64,000 bases of DNA from Dicyema japonicum (GCA_011109175.1 RDEW01000008.1:1431447-1495446); one strand, 5' to 3'; shown: positions 13,027 through 27,171, numbered from the stretch's first letter. Made by a program: numbers and translations. The notes: a model not told the origin generated them from the letters alone.

Positions 13027-14743
13027 TTCAAGTTTCACATTTTGTTTTTCAAAATTTTGTCCCTTTTTGAAAGTCTTATGACAAATTTAGAATAATTTTT
13101 TTAAATAGGAAAAAACTAATCAAAAACTTTATTAAAATATAGCATAATGTAATTCGAAACGTTTTCATGTTAAAATCTCGGTCTTTAGATAGTAATTTTA
13201 GCAATAATAAAAATCTTTTCTAAATAGATAATTTTGTGAAAAAATATTTTTTTTATAATAGCCCTATATGCATTGAAAAATATGTTCTTTTTCCATTTTG
13301 GTAATAGAAAAAATAACTTTTAAAAAATCATTAATAAAAAAATCTAGATTCCTGATATATCTTAATTACTCATAAATTGTCACTGAAATACGATTTTTAA
13401 ATCTGTTTAGTGCTTGAATAAGCCATACTTATCAATTTATACATCAATATTGACATAACATCCCGATAAATTGCTCGAGTTCATTGGTTAGATTGATTCC
13501 ATGTATCTTTCAATTAAAATTCTATTTCCAGCAAAACTTTAGTTATTTTTTTACTCAATAAAATTTTTACAATCATAGTCGACAACTTCCTTTTTTGGTC
13601 AGAATTATTTTCATTAGCCAATTTCAATAATTTTTTATAAAGAAATCAGATTATCAAAATCAACTAAGCAATCTTAACTCCCTGAACTCACCAGTATTGT
13701 CATATTATGTTTTACTCGGCACCCAATATTAAAATTAACTAAGAAACTTTAACTTCCTGAACCCACCAATTTTGTCTTATCTACATTGTTCTCATTTAAT
13801 CGTATCCAATCATTGCGCAACTCATTCTACAATTCCAAATTTGGGAGCTAGAAATCCTGTAATTGTTGCGACGTACATTTTATTTGTTTTCAGTATTTGC
13901 AAAATTCCCTACCTCATAAAACAGCTAATAGATATTTTATCCAAACTGCTATAAAATGGAGAGTTATTATTTCACGTTTAATAACTGCATCCTCTTTTTG
14001 AACAAATAAGTTTCTATGGATCTAATAGATCAGTGGCTAGCATGCTGTGCTTTAACAATAAGACTTGCAAGTCGGAAATATATTAAACAAATGAGATAGC
14101 AAATTAACCTGAAAAACCTATGGAAAATGTAGAATCATTCCGTAATAAAAACGTTTTACTCACAATATATTCATTCTCATACATGCCCCTCGTGGAGTTC
14201 GGATTTAGGGTAGGAATTCTAAAAACAAGAACAGGTCATTTTCGTTTACTATTGACGTAAATGATTTCTCTTCTTTCCCCCTCCTATGGAGTATGTATAG
14301 TGTGAATGAATCGTACTCAATCCTCAGAGTCGTCCGAAGAGACTGCCCTTTCAATACACTCACATAGACAGTCCGGGACAGATATACGGGCAGCTTTGGG
14401 GATCCTGATCAAGGGTCTTCGTGTGTGTCATGGTTTAAGATCAATTCAAGTATTTCCAGTGGACCATGTTCAGAAGGGTAGCATACGGCCGAGTATATCG
14501 TATTATCAAATAGAAGACATGACTGACGGAAATGACAGCCAGGGCTCTTTTAGTCATTCCGGAAGGACATGTGGAAGCCATACCAATAGGCTGTGCAATG
14601 GATCATCCGATTTCTTTGTTTATTATGTTGTATTTTTGCAGATCTCTTTTTCTTTTGCAGTTTGCTGCATTTTCTTTCTGATTTTCTTTTTTTCTATTAG
14701 CGCCACAACGACCACAACGAATGGCGTACAATTCAATTCACTT

Positions 14744-14979
14744 ATTATTATTAGCATTTCACGAGAGCCATAATATTTATAGTTTTTCATGTGCAGCAAA
14801 AAATATAAGAGAAAGAGTTAGCTTGTTCCAAGCTCTTCTGTTCTTAGCCAGATCCCTCAGTGTGTCCAAGTCGTCACCAGATGCCAATGTTTTCTTCACG
14901 GCTTTCAAATCGTTTTGTAAAACTACCGGGAAGGTTGTTCTCGGTCATCCACGAAAGCTTTTTTCATTGGAGGAGTAGT
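14744..14979 (-). mobile_element. 5'-truncated RTE-like LINE with (TAA)n tail and 14-bp TSD
   Basis: DLDTLRDLAKNRRAW; TSD AATTCAAT(T/C)CACTT at 14730-14743 and 14980-14993; same family as 23743-23876. Confidence 0.85.
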
Positions 14980-15414
14980 AATTCAATCCACTTGGTTAAT
15001 CAAATCAAATTATTCCAAAGAAAAAAAACAAATTAACTAATTGATCGATCTGACGCGTTCTAACAGAACCCTTACCCAAGTACAGTGATCCAGAGGGTTT
15101 TGTTTTGGGTGTTGAGGTCGATTCTAGAACTCGACAAAAAGGAACGAAATTGTCTCCCGGTGAAATGAATAGATGGGTCCTTTTGAATGACGACGATGTA
15201 TTCGGCGTCTCCTGAATAAGGTGAATCCTATGATGCCACCAGAAAGAATGAGGAGAAATCTTCAATCAAGAAGCCAAATGGTACTACATGTCACCACGCG
15301 ACCAATGAATTAAATAAGTAACTCACATTACTAAAATTGAATGCTTACATCGAAAAAACGCCTGTTGCATCATTTTCTTTGAAATATAATTGAAAACAAC
15401 AGCTACAACCCGTT

Positions 15415-16902
15415 AATTAGAAATTCTTAATTTGCAAGCAAGACAGTGAGGTAACTAAATTGGGAGAAGATATAGTTCTGAGGATATGATGTGTTATTTC
15501 TGAGAGATAATCTCCGGCGAGCGTGGGATTGATACCACTGGTATTTACTATTTAGACTCTAACTTGCATTTGGAGAGAATAAATGTCTACTAAAACGAGG
15601 CTTCAGGTAGTAGATTGTGGATTATGTTTTAATATAGACAGGAGGTATGTTCCCAGATTCATCCTTTTTGAACTTGAATTCCCGAACTATGAATTCAGTC
15701 AGATCTGGACCATTTGGACATATTTTCGGACCTGACAACTTTTTTTGTGAAATCTGGAGCCGGAAATAACTGCGTGAAAGGGTATTGCACAGAAGGAGCA
15801 TAGTTGGTTGACTCTATTTTGTATGTTGTGCAAAAAGAGGCCGAGAGCTGTGAATGCTTTCAGGGATTTTACCCCATTCATTCACTGGGAGTGGAACTGG
15901 ATCTCTGATTATTTTAAATATCAGAGAGGAGTTTCCAGGTTGGATTATGATCACCTTCTCGGTCGTGTCTTCTAAAGTTAATTTTAGTGAATTAACTATG
16001 TATAGGTCTCTGATACAGTTGTTGAGCCTTAAAATGGCATACTCACAATGTATCAGCTTTGAGTACAGTGATAAAACATACTGCATTGACAATGAGGCCC
16101 TTCCTCAATTTGACTATTCTTACATATGGTGATATCAACCATTTAGTCTCTTCCACCATGTCTGGAGTGACTACATGTTTAAGATTCCGTGGACAGGCAT
16201 TCATTGATTCTGACTTGATTAGTTTTATGATCTTCGAAAGCTGGCCATCAATGTGGTGCTATTCCTTCGTCTCCACTATTTTATTTTTGGATTCACTCCA
16301 TTGACAACTCGTGGGTCTCAACAATACGGATCACGGACTGTTTCTGAACTGACTCAGCAAATGTTTGATGCTAAGAACATGATGGCCGCATGTGATCCTC
16401 ACCATGGACGCTAATTTCTGAGGCAGAATATCTATGAAGGAGGTGGATGAGCAGATGCTAAATATTAAATCAAAAAATAGCCGTTATTTCGTCGAATAAT
16501 CCCAAAACGTTATTTTGTTGTATTGTTTGTGATATTCTCTTTCTCCTTCGTGGATTGAAGATGTCTGGGACTTTTGTTGTAAACTACTTCCATCCAGGAA
16601 CTTTTCAAGTCTGTCTCAACAATTGTCTAGGGAATCTGGTTACGCTCGCCATCCTGAGAGGAAATACCCACGCAGTAAGGGCAGCTATATAACCGTTACT
16701 CTTTTTTATTCTTAATAAAATAAAAAATTTACTGCGATGTTCAGAAGAAAAGCTTTCTTTAACTGGTACACCGACGAAGGAATGAATAAAATAGAGTTTA
16801 CTGAAGCGGAGTCTAACATTAACGATTTGGTAACCGAGCAATACCAGGACGCCACCGTCAATGAAGAAGGGGGTATGAACAAGGTAGAAAGCAAATTGTG
16901 AG
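15415..16902 (+). pseudogene. TUBB: Beta-tubulin pseudogene (unprocessed, keeps an intron)
   Basis: [76 protein letters not shown]; many substitution stops and deletions; GT-AG intron near 15607-15637. Confidence 0.92.
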
Positions 16903-17149
16903 GAAATTCCACAATTAGTTTTTCACCTTTTCTTTCATTGATTTAATTTTTTCTTGTTTATAGTAATTTATTAATAAACGCAAGTAGTTAACTACTATTG
17001 GCTACTCTCAGAATTGAGAACGCACTTTCACTGAAGGTCTTTAAGGAAATACTCTTATGATTCAGCTACTTTCTATTCTTTTTCCTCGTCGCAATAAGTT
17101 TATTATTAAAACCTTAATCTTAATTAATGAAATGCAATCAATAATGTAA

Positions 17150-17265
17150 TTAATTAACACAGCCAACCATCCAAAGTGGACCCCGCTGACATTATAGACG
17201 TTGCCTCTCACGATTGCAACAAAGATCAATTGGAAAAGCCACCGGGTCTCACGTGCGTCGTAGTC
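17150..17265 (-). mobile_element. CRE-like retrotransposon extreme 3' end
   Basis: Close match to 9780-9890 (WLFQLIFVAIVRGN). Confidence 0.8.
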
Positions 17266-17411
17266 TTAATTAAATTTAAAATAAAGTAACTGACTCTAAT
17301 AACACGTAAATAAATTTACATTAAATCACATTAAATAAGACTATCAAATTTCATTATATAATTTCATTAAATTTTTTACGTACATGAAGCCCAGTGGCTT
17401 CTCCAGTTAAT

Positions 17412-18330
17412 AACACTGTTTTGAGCCTTGAACTATAACCTGCACTGTTGGGATAGTAAGGCATTAATAAAAGAGTAAGAAGACGACTGTAGCAGTGGTA
17501 TTACATTGTCGTCGATAGATCAACTCCACCAATACTATATCCCCAATATCCTCTTACTCCTGCTGTGGTTCCGCTAGAGTTCTGATAGGGACAATGGGAA
17601 TTTTGTTAAACCATTCACTACGAGGCATTTGGCTCCTTAAGAGAGTCATAGTTTCTCCCGTCGTTTACCAGTGCGTAAGTGAATCTCTTCACGCTAAAAT
17701 TCAAGGTACTGGTAGAAATCACACTGCGTCAAAACTGTCAACGGCTATCGTTTTTCAATGCCAGTTCCACTTTGGGTGTTCAATGCCTTACCCCTCTATA
17801 TCAAGGAATAGCAAACCCCTCTATATCAAGGAATACTCCAATAGAAATAGAGCAATATGGACTCAACCCGTAGAGTCAATCTTTCTACTGAAGGTACAGA
17901 TCTATTTTGCCGACATCTTTATCCATTTACCAAAGGCTGCGGTTACTAGCACGGCCCAAGTGACTGTCAAACTGTTACAGGCGTTTTATGAAACGACATA
18001 CATGTATCGGGTACCGCAGAAACTGCCATGATTCGCAGTTTAGGTCTTTATTGCCAACAATTCTCTCGCTGGCAAAACCATTTCTATAGAAGCGACCCTT
18101 TGAAAGAATATAACTCTTCCAAAAATGTATAAGAGTCAGCCCATAACCATATTCCCTTTCGACTTTGGCTCATTTCAAATGATTTTCAGTGTCCATAAGA
18201 CTGGCTAACTCATTCCAACTAATGTTCACATGAAACCCTTCTCCACATATGCCTTCAACGTTACCATTTGATTAATTGCTATTACCACCAAGATCTGAAC
18301 TAGAGTGCAGCTCCACGAGTACTCACATGA
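17412..18330 (-). pseudogene. Decayed 28S (LSU) rRNA fragment
   Basis: Ordered matches to the reverse complement of conserved LSU blocks: ACGAGGCATTTGGCT-CCTTAAGAGAGTCATAGT, AGAAATCACA.TGCGTCAA, GATCTATTTTGCCGAC, ATTCCCTTTCGAC, GTTCACATGAAACCCTTCTCCAC, ACCACCAAGATCTG; internal deletions. Confidence 0.9.
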
Positions 18331-18989
18331 GATCAGGAGAAAGTATGATAATCTCCAGTTAATTTTTAAATTCTTTAGATTTTCCTACAGACATATAAAA
18401 TCAAGAGAAAAAAAACTCATCATTATGATGATTAATTTATAACTCCCAAAACTATGCAATGGTACGGATTTAGTTATTTAAAATTAATGCTTCATTTAGT
18501 AGAATCAACCATGCACACCATTGGATTGCGACATATAATATACAGACCGTGTCCTCAGAAAATAAGTGATATAGGATAATCAAAAGTAAAAAAATCACGA
18601 TTCCTCTCAAACTTATCAGGAAAATGTTCATTTCTTTACAAAAAGAGACGAGAAGTAACAATATGGATCGCCTCGCTCTCACTATCGACGAAGAGCAGGT
18701 TGGAGGAGATGCCATAGAGTATTACTGTGACTCTCAAAAAGGAATTTCTATCATGAATCACAGAGATTGCTTCAGATATGTCAAGTCCTCAGACGATTAG
18801 CTTTGTCCGTAAGTCAGATCAAACATGGAATTCTCCCCAAGATATGAGAAGAAACAGCTTATTGAAATTAATCAAGAATTCAGACTGATCACATAAGGAA
18901 GGCATTACTCAAATTTATGATAACCCTTATTCTCTTAGTTTATTGATTTTTTGACTAAGCCCGTGGAATTAAAAAGCAAAAACTAATTT

Positions 18990-20540
18990 AAACAAATCAT
19001 AAAATAGTAATTTGAATATCCTCCGTATTTTGATGACATTTGATTTTATTATTTTTGCAGAGGACTAATTTATATATTGTATTGTTACCTAAAATCTCAC
19101 TAAAGTACTCAGCAGCACGACTTTTAGAATACATAGTTGGAGGACAAATTGATGAGAATGTTGTCATTTTTTGTGAGGACATGCATTCCTTGCATTTTGA
19201 AAGAACTTTTTCGTTAATTGGGATTTTCCTTGAACTTGATTGAGAAATGTCCTGAAGAATAGGTATCTGTGGTCCATATTCGCTCGTTTTTTCACTCACT
19301 GATAAGTTACTATTAAATTATTTATAAATAAAAACAGTATTTCATGGGAATCTCTCTCTGGAATGCTCATTTGGTATCCCCGATTCCCTCCTCGTTGTCA
19401 CTTTGATGCCTCATCATTTCAATGCTACGAAGGGCAGTCGTTCTACTGTCTATTAATTCGTTTATATTTGATTTTCTCACAAATGTAGTATATTTTAGTG
19501 TACACATATCATTCAATAATTCTTATATTATATATTATTATACCATATTCGCTGACTAAGGAGTTCATTTGTTGGGCTATCTTTGGGACTGTACTTGATA
19601 ATACAAAAGGTAATAGTGTCCTACCTCCATTTACACGATTTTCTCTTAATTTGCTGAGACTAAAATTTGAGGGATTATCTTTTTGCAATTTCTTTTTCCT
19701 CAAAGCCTTAACCTATAATATAAGTACTTATACTGCACTTGACTATAAACACTTATATGATAATGTAACGCTTGAATGATTATAAATATAAATTAATATA
19801 TTAATGTAACACTTGAATGGTTATGAATATAAATGAATAATACTTAAAATATCAAAATTAATACCTTTGGAGATTGCAAAGGCCCAATATCTTGATTGGA
19901 AGGATCCTTTTGCTGGGGGAAGGATCCAAATCAGTGTCACTTGTTTAAGTAAACAGTACAACCTTTGTCGCTTCAGTGAAGGCGGCTGTTCCGCTCGAAT
20001 TGGCAAAGAGCGTAATAAATTATAATATTCTTGATAATCATTTTCATCAACAGCAGGGAACAAATCCTCAATGACGGATTCAGTTCTAACCCATTCATCT
20101 GGTAGTGATATTAAGCGAGGATCAACAGCAAAACTGTCTAAAATATTTTATAAATGTCAGAACAACCTGAAATTGACTAAATATTAAATAATATAATACT
20201 ATATTGGGAAGATCTTCTATATCAAAGTCAATATAACGAATTTCTGAACATAATTGTGACTTTTTATCAGATTTTGTCTTTTTTCGTCTGAACGATTTAA
20301 TCAAATTCATAATATCCTCTGTTATTATTACTTAATGATTTACCGATTAACAGCGAAATCTGTTTGAAATGAATTCTAACGATTCCAATAAATAGTTTTC
20401 CCGAAAAATACAACGATATTCTGCTATATTGGTTCAATCCTTCCATGTGTGCTAGCAATTCATAACTTTATGTTAATCATGATCTTAACCAGTTTTCAAC
20501 TATGTCTAATTTGCAGTAGTCATTCTTCTTTATTTTTCCA
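18990..20540 (-). CDS. Uncharacterised multi-exon gene (possibly decayed)
   Basis: Open exon-like blocks (FAVDPRLISLPDEWVRTESVIEDLFPAVDENDYQEYY...; RKKKLQKDNPS...; MSEKTSEYGPQ...) separated by 22-28 nt GT-AG segments; family not recognised. Confidence 0.4.
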
Positions 20541-20785
20541 TAATTAGTGGCAGCGAGCCTTTGATTACAATAAGTTTATTACCAAATAATTCCAAATTTT
20601 CCAGTTCGTTTGTGTAAATGTTGTCGTACACTAAACATGTAAAATTCGTTCGTTTAATTTTAAGTTTTAAATTTTATTTACTTTTTAGGTTATCCAGTAA
20701 ATATAAATAAAATTATATTTTTATTAGAATTAATATTTTATAAACCAAATCATTTAATATTACATAGAAATAAAAATAATATTAA

Positions 20786-21870
20786 ATGGAACTGTTCCCT
20801 GAATACAAGTCATTACGGACTGACTGGAAGAGGATCCGGTTTGGTGGCCTATTCATTTTATATCGGAAAAGCCTTAAATCTGTAGACATCACTTCAGTGG
20901 CAAAGAATATCTTGGGAGATTACGATGTTACTGAAGTCAATGCAGTCTCACTTCGAGCAACAAATGGAAAATTACTTTTGTGAGCATCTATGTGCCCTCA
21001 CCTGGTTCTAGCCCAAAGCGTTACACTATGACCAATTTATCCACTTTGGCTTTTTTGAACGACATGATCAATGGTGGGGATATCAACGCCAAACACCCTC
21101 TATACAGGCAAGTCAACCGTCCGATTCAAGAGGAAAATTACTACTTTCGCAGATGGGACCTTTCACGGTCATAAGTGACCCGTCAAAACATACGAGAATC
21201 CCCTTCAGGGAGTCACACCAACTAACTTCTCTAAATATCACGCTTTGTTCTCCCACCCTGGCGGCAATGTCGACCTGGTCAGTCACCTACAACTCAGGAA
21301 GTGACCATAATGCCATCCTTCTAAAGATCAAGTAAGATAGTTAGCTAGGAAAAGGTCCCCGGAACAATTCAACCTCAAACGCGCAGACTGGAGACTTTAC
21401 CATACACTTACTGACAACCTACTACAGTACCTGGATGGCATTACTTCCATGAACAAAGTTGTCGTTTATGCAAACCGCACTATCTTGGATGCGAGATCAC
21501 TATCTGTACCTACCTTTACTACACCAGGGGATATGACAGGCCGGCATTAATCAAGGAAAGAAACGAACTCAAAAAGTCTGGCCGATTAACTGAGGATAAG
21601 CTTAGACTGAAGGATTTGAAGAGTGAATTAAAAAACAGGTAGAACAAAGCACAAATATCGAGATCAAAGCATGTGTTTTCTTCGTTGAATGGAAATAAAC
21701 CCACTAATGAAATTTGGAAGATCATCCGAGCCGCCGCAAGAATGGATGAAAGATCGTCTGAGGTGGATAACAGCCAAAAGGATTTAAATAACCTAATAAT
21801 CACAGCCAAAAATAACTTAGAATCGCCTAAATGGGTAATCAATTCGAAAGAAGATGAGATAAGATGATTA
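20786..21870 (+). mobile_element. Jockey/I-like LINE fragment (APE endonuclease)
   Basis: GGLFILY, SIYVP, GGDINAKHP, SGSDHNAI. Confidence 0.8.
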
Positions 21871-21879
21871 GCTGTAAAT

Positions 21880-22816
21880 CATCAGTAGTAGCCCTTCTCT
21901 TCACAGAACTCTTCCATTTAAGAACACATTCTCAATTGGATTAAAGAATGGTGAGTATAGAGGAAGATATATTGTCTTGAGGTTGTGGATTGGATTACTT
22001 TGTTGAGTCCACTGTAATGGTGAATCCTAGCATTGTCCATGACGAAGTAGGGATCCAAAATTCTTTTAGTATCACAAACTCCCTTAAGTTGAATCAAAAA
22101 AATTTTAAAGATTTCTCCACCATCAACAACAGAATATAGACCATGCCATGTCCAGTCATTACGGCTATTACTGAAACATTCCTACTACGTACGTGTGGCA
22201 CACTAATACTCGCAGAAATACATCTTTCAGATCTCCCAAAGCGGACACGCTGTGAAACACTGGAATTTACTTCAGCTATAAAGACAATTCGGCTATCCCC
22301 AACGTCAAATAAAATTTCTTGGAAATTTGTCCCATATTCTAATCGTTCTCAACGGTGCATTCACAGTTTCTTCTTTCAGAAACAATGTTGAGAGTTTTCA
22401 CTGGTGGTGCTTGTACTTACGGATATCTCCATCTTTATTTTCAACGCCCCCAAGGTCATTGTTGGATCTTCATCAAACCACTGCCGTATTAAATTTTTAT
22501 GATCAGCAGTCAAGATTGTTTTATGATTCCCGAAACGCTTGCCACATTTGGTTTTTCATTCTTCAGATATGATTGTACATACAGTAGTACGAGAAAGATC
22601 GATAACTCGGGGGATCTCAGTACTGCCAAAATTATTCTTGGCGTGGTTAATAACGAGCGCTCTGACATCATTTGAGATTTTACGCTTTCTTGGCTATTGT
22701 TTCTTTCATTTTCCTGGTTGTTTGATGCGGTCATTAGGGTTGAAATTTTCGACTAAATACTAAAAAATTCGTTTTTATTCTGCTCAGTATGAGTCGTTTT
22801 TGATAGGAAAACCCTA
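21880..22816 (-). mobile_element. Tc1/IS630-like transposon, decayed
   Basis: HTH-like LSRTTVYN, FVMDNARIHH and LPLYSPFFNPIENVF; the terminus ATAGGAAAACCCT at about 22803-22815 matches the TIR at about 5066-5079. Confidence 0.8.
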
Positions 22817-22865
22817 TACAAACAATACATTGAACCATGCATCTCTTACGCATATGTATCTGGAG

Positions 22866-23139
22866 CCGATTCATTTCTTGGACAAATGTCTTGAAGATCG
22901 GAGCTAGCTAAAAAAAGAGCCTCCAAAATCATGTCTAGTAAGCTTGTTAAATATGACAATCTGATTTAATGATGTAAAAGTCTTCAAATTGAATGTCATT
23001 TACCGATTCATTTCTTGGACAAATGTCTTGAAGATCGGAGCTAGCTAAAAAAAGAGCCTCCAAAATCATGTCTAGTAAGCTTGTTAAATATGACAATCTG
23101 ATTTAATGATGTAAAAGTCTTCAAATTGAATGTCATTTA
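22866..23139 (+). repeat. Exact 137-bp tandem duplication
   Basis: 22866-23002 is identical to 23003-23139. Confidence 0.9.
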
Positions 23140-23742
23140 TGCCACGTGCTAATTAGTCTCGATATTAGAGGAGTCACTAATTATCGACCATGCGAACCAT
23201 CAGATTCTCTAATACGGTAATTCAACTCTCAGTATATAAGGACGAAATTTTATAAAGCATAAGCGATGCTTTTGTGAAAAACTGCTGTTTTTAAATGAAA
23301 ATTCCGAGTGTTTTAGGGAAACTACTAAGTATTCTCAATTTCAAGCACGTCTATGCAAAAAGTGGTCAAGCTACTGAATTCTTTTTTGTTGATTGAATTT
23401 ATCGACTTGGGAATGCTGATCTGAATGGATGACTAAAAATATTATTGCCACCACACACTCGATCAGGTAGAATGGTGAAGTGGGAACCCTATATCATTAA
23501 GACTAATTAAGGTTTCCAGAGTGACTTCAATCATCTCTTTCTAGTATTTACTGCTCCATCACTCTCTTTTCTAGATAGTCAAAATCTCTGCATTTGTACA
23601 GGTGATGCATTTAACTTGTACAAAATATGACCGAATTTTAAACCAACTATGATTCAACTCAGCGTTTTTTTGAAAAAATATATACTCGTCGCTTCTCTTC
23701 CACGACAAAAATTTTATATTCCCTGAAATATTGAGACACCCT

Positions 23743-23876
23743 GAAAGTGTCTCACTGAGAGACCTAGCAAAGAACAGAAGAGCTTGGAGCAACCTAACTA
23801 ATTCTCTTATATTTTTTGCTGCACATGCGGGGCTATAAATATTATGGCTCTCGTGAAAGTGCTAATAATAATAATA
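23743..23876 (+). mobile_element. 5'-truncated RTE-like LINE with (TAA)n tail and 13-bp TSD
   Basis: ATTGAGACACCCT occurs at 23730-23742 and 23877-23889; LRDLAKNRRAW. Confidence 0.9.
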
Positions 23877-25859
23877 ATTGAGACACCCTTTCGGGGGTAA
23901 AAAGAACTTTTAGTGGCAATATCACTGAGATCAGATATTCGCAAAAAAGGAAATTTACATCAATAATGAAGCTTGGGGAAATTTAACACAGTTAAAGAGC
24001 TGACAAAAGCCTACCCGAAGAGAACTACATGCTAAAAAGTTTTGCGTCAAAATCCCACATAAGGACCATTAAGATGGATGTCACTTCTCCTTCTCTTAGT
24101 AGTGTAACCTTAGGTATTCCATAGTCAGTCGACTCTTAGTTTATTCCGTAGTAACTATTGAGAGTCTTTTTTATTGATCTCAATAATATTCTAAGTCCTC
24201 TGCGTCTGCTCAGCGTCGATGACGAGAGTGGGCAATCCATGCTGAGCAAGCTTACTTGATGTTCGTTAAAACAAATTGTTTTTAAAAAAGTTGCAACGAA
24301 AAAATGAAAGATGGCAGAGAATATAAAAAGGCTTTAAGAATTACAATTTTTTTATGGATCATTAAAGTTACAAAGTTCACTTGATCTGTATTGATAACAG
24401 GGGGTCCTGGTGACTACTTATATGGAGAAGGCCATTTAAGTGCGGATCGGGGAATCATATAAAATGATTTCCGGCTTTATCCGTGTCTCTTTTTGGAATG
24501 AGGTGACTTACATGGGTGAGATTTTTTTCGTCTGCATTTATAAGTTTTTAATTGATTATTAATCTGGATTATGAAAATCCTTTCATTGATTTTCCAACAC
24601 TTTTATATTGTTGTGCTAAGACATACCATAGTGCCTACAGTCAGGTCCCAGAAACAGAAATCAGTATTCCCTATAGTCTTCATCAAGTTTGCCGGATACT
24701 TTAGTTTCCAGAAGGAATTTAACAGCCACCTTTTAATGCTGTAATCCCTGGCAAAGCTGAATTTTTCGTATTTTAGAACTGATTCTTAACGCATTAAAAG
24801 TAATTAGCTGAAATTCTTTCTTATAGTGTATTTGAGACATTATCAGCACTGAATACCAGAGATGGACGTCACCACCTCAACTAACTATTATTCTAAATCT
24901 TGCCTGGCAGTCATTAAGCAGAATTGACTGCTACCAGTAGTCTGATATATTATTGTAGGCTAGAATCCATTGTGCATTATAACATAGAATTCTTTCCTCA
25001 ATATTTCAACCTTTTAGTGCTCATTGCCAAACAGTCGACCCATGTGGAGAAGCCCTAACGCCGTCTTCTTCTATGCGAGATATGAGTGAGATGCTTTTAG
25101 CAGTATTTTGTTCGTAATTTCCCTCCTTATTTCCGTTTTGGCAGAAAATTGGTCAATTTTGAGGTGGAAATTTTCATCTTGTTTCTTATGAAGATTGTCC
25201 TGCCTTTATTGTCGCATTTTCAGAAGTGGGATGCTTTCCTCTTGTAATAATGTTTGGATATTTTATGATTGCCGACTCTCTCTGGACAGAGAACATTGAT
25301 TATAGTCTGTCTTTGAATCGGTTTGGAACGGAATCTATTAGATTCTCAGAAATGCACGGAAAAACTTATTCGCAATCTCAATGCATACCAACTCTCACTC
25401 GTCTGGATTGTCCAATGTGCTGTTTTTATACCAACCTACTCTTTACAGACCTGGGTGTGGATCTATGCGACAGTAGATCATATTGTGCAGTTTAGGAGAA
25501 GAGGACCAACTCAGTGGTCTCTTGTTCTCTTTGAATGGGTGTCTCGCTGATCCATGTTGTAATCTTCTCAATTTTTACACGACCAGGGTATTAGAGGATA
25601 TCTCTTTGGTTTGTGGATATTAATGATAGATATTCTGATCCACTTAGTTGAGATGTATGGGTGCTCAGAAGATCGCATTAAGGATTGTGTGATTCCACGT
25701 GGATCATTTGGAATATTTTGGTAGTAGAAAATTTATATTATTATTAACCCAAAAACACCAATATTTAATATTCTCTAGTTGTGATCCGTTTAACTCAAGT
25801 ACTCCCACTGAATAGCTTGGAATGTTCTTCCAACACTTCCTGATAAGTTATCAGCCTCA

Positions 25860-26029
25860 GCCGTCTTCTTACTAATTCAGTAATGCCGTACTATCCCATC
25901 CGGGAAGGTTATAGTGCAAGAACCAATATGGGTCGTTCCGATCTAAAAACAGTTTCATTTGGGGAGTTTGGCTGGGGCGGTACATCTGTAAAACGATAAC
26001 ACAGATGTCCTAAGGTGAGCTCAGGCGGA
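25860..26029 (+). pseudogene. 28S rRNA fragment ending at an assembly gap (n at 26030)
   Basis: TGGGGAGTTTGGCTGGGGCGGTACATCTGTAAAACGATAACACAGATGTCCTAAGGTGAGCTC is a conserved LSU block; its upstream part matches the reverse complement of 17412-17490. Confidence 0.88.
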
Positions 26030-26030
26030 N

Positions 26031-26480
26031 AGGACTGGTCCCTGGTAGTAAACCTAGACAAAACGCAAAGAACTAGCATGTCTTGTTGTACGGCGAGAAA
26101 CGAGTAAAAGTAGAAAACATGTAAGAATGTTGGATCTCTCCTCGGGGACTCGGAAGACGTTATTCACAGGAAAGTTCTGGAGTAAATATGTACTCGCCTT
26201 CGAATTCGGTTGTACAACTCGAACCAATTCTACTTTATAACGCGGTGACCTGGGCCCTAACCACCTAAGAACTGGAAAACCTCAACTCTAGGCACTCGCC
26301 TTCGAATTCGGTTGTACAACTCGAACCAATTCTACTTTATAACGCGGTGACCTGGGCCCTAACCACCTAAGAACTGGAAAACCTCAACTCTTTCCACAGA
26401 AAAAAATTGCGACTTCTCCAGGGAGTCTACTGGCCAACTCGGATAACCAACATCGAGCTATATTGAATTACTCAACAACA
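26031..26480 (+). mobile_element. RTE-like LINE 3' fragment with an internal 98-bp tandem duplication
   Basis: RLRIRLYNS...ILLYNAVTWALT...LNSFHRKKLR...GVYWPTRITNIELY; 26192-26289 is repeated at 26294-26391. Confidence 0.8.
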
Positions 26481-27171
26481 CAGATTGGAATTTGCTAATT
26501 TTCTTCTCGTGGAGCTCTGATAGCCTCAAGTTTCAATAATGCAATCAGGAAATTACGAATCTAATAAAAAACTGATATTTTTGAAGAATGCTTATAATTT
26601 TTTTCGCTTATTATTACATTCTCTTAATGGAGTCACTAAGAACAGGCGTTGTCTTGACAATAAATGGAGAGGTTATACCGAAAAAATTATGATGATCGAG
26701 AGAAGTATGGCAAGACGAAACGGAACTAAAGAAAATGAATCTAATCCCCTTTTGCCATAATTATTGAAATTGTATGTATTAAGACGAAGACCGAAATGAT
26801 AATTGTAAATAATTGGGATGGAGGTATATGTACGGTAAAGAAGTACAGAAACTCTAAAGTATAAAAAATAGTGACCCGTTTAGTTTGATCACTGATGATA
26901 ACAGAAGAGATTCGGATCATAAGATCAAGTAGTTAGAAGGACTGCTAATACTGGATTACGTTATCACTTTGTTAGACCTGAAAAAGGCAGTTACTAAAAA
27001 TGTTGGATACTCGAGAAAATATCTTTGAAAGTTTTTTCTTGGTACCACCTAATGGAATGCCATGCTTACAATGACTTATACCAGATGTGCTCTCATTGCT
27101 TTGAATCCACATAAGGGACCAACTTTGAGTTGTAGCGGTATAATTGGCTCGAATTTCGCGTTAAAAACATA

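Noticed and set aside
15415-16902. Stop-codon reassignment (TGA at Trp positions in tubulin and transposases)
   Set aside because: Stops also replace Cys, Gln and Glu, and the intact genes use TGG for Trp and normal stops; this is ordinary decay.
17594-18031. 145-aa ORF
   Set aside because: It is antisense to the 28S rRNA relic and spurious.
18660-18920. Gag-like start (MDRLALTIDEEQ) similar to the minus-strand sequence at about 24240
   Set aside because: The similarity is short and no LTRs or pol motifs were found, so it cannot be classified.
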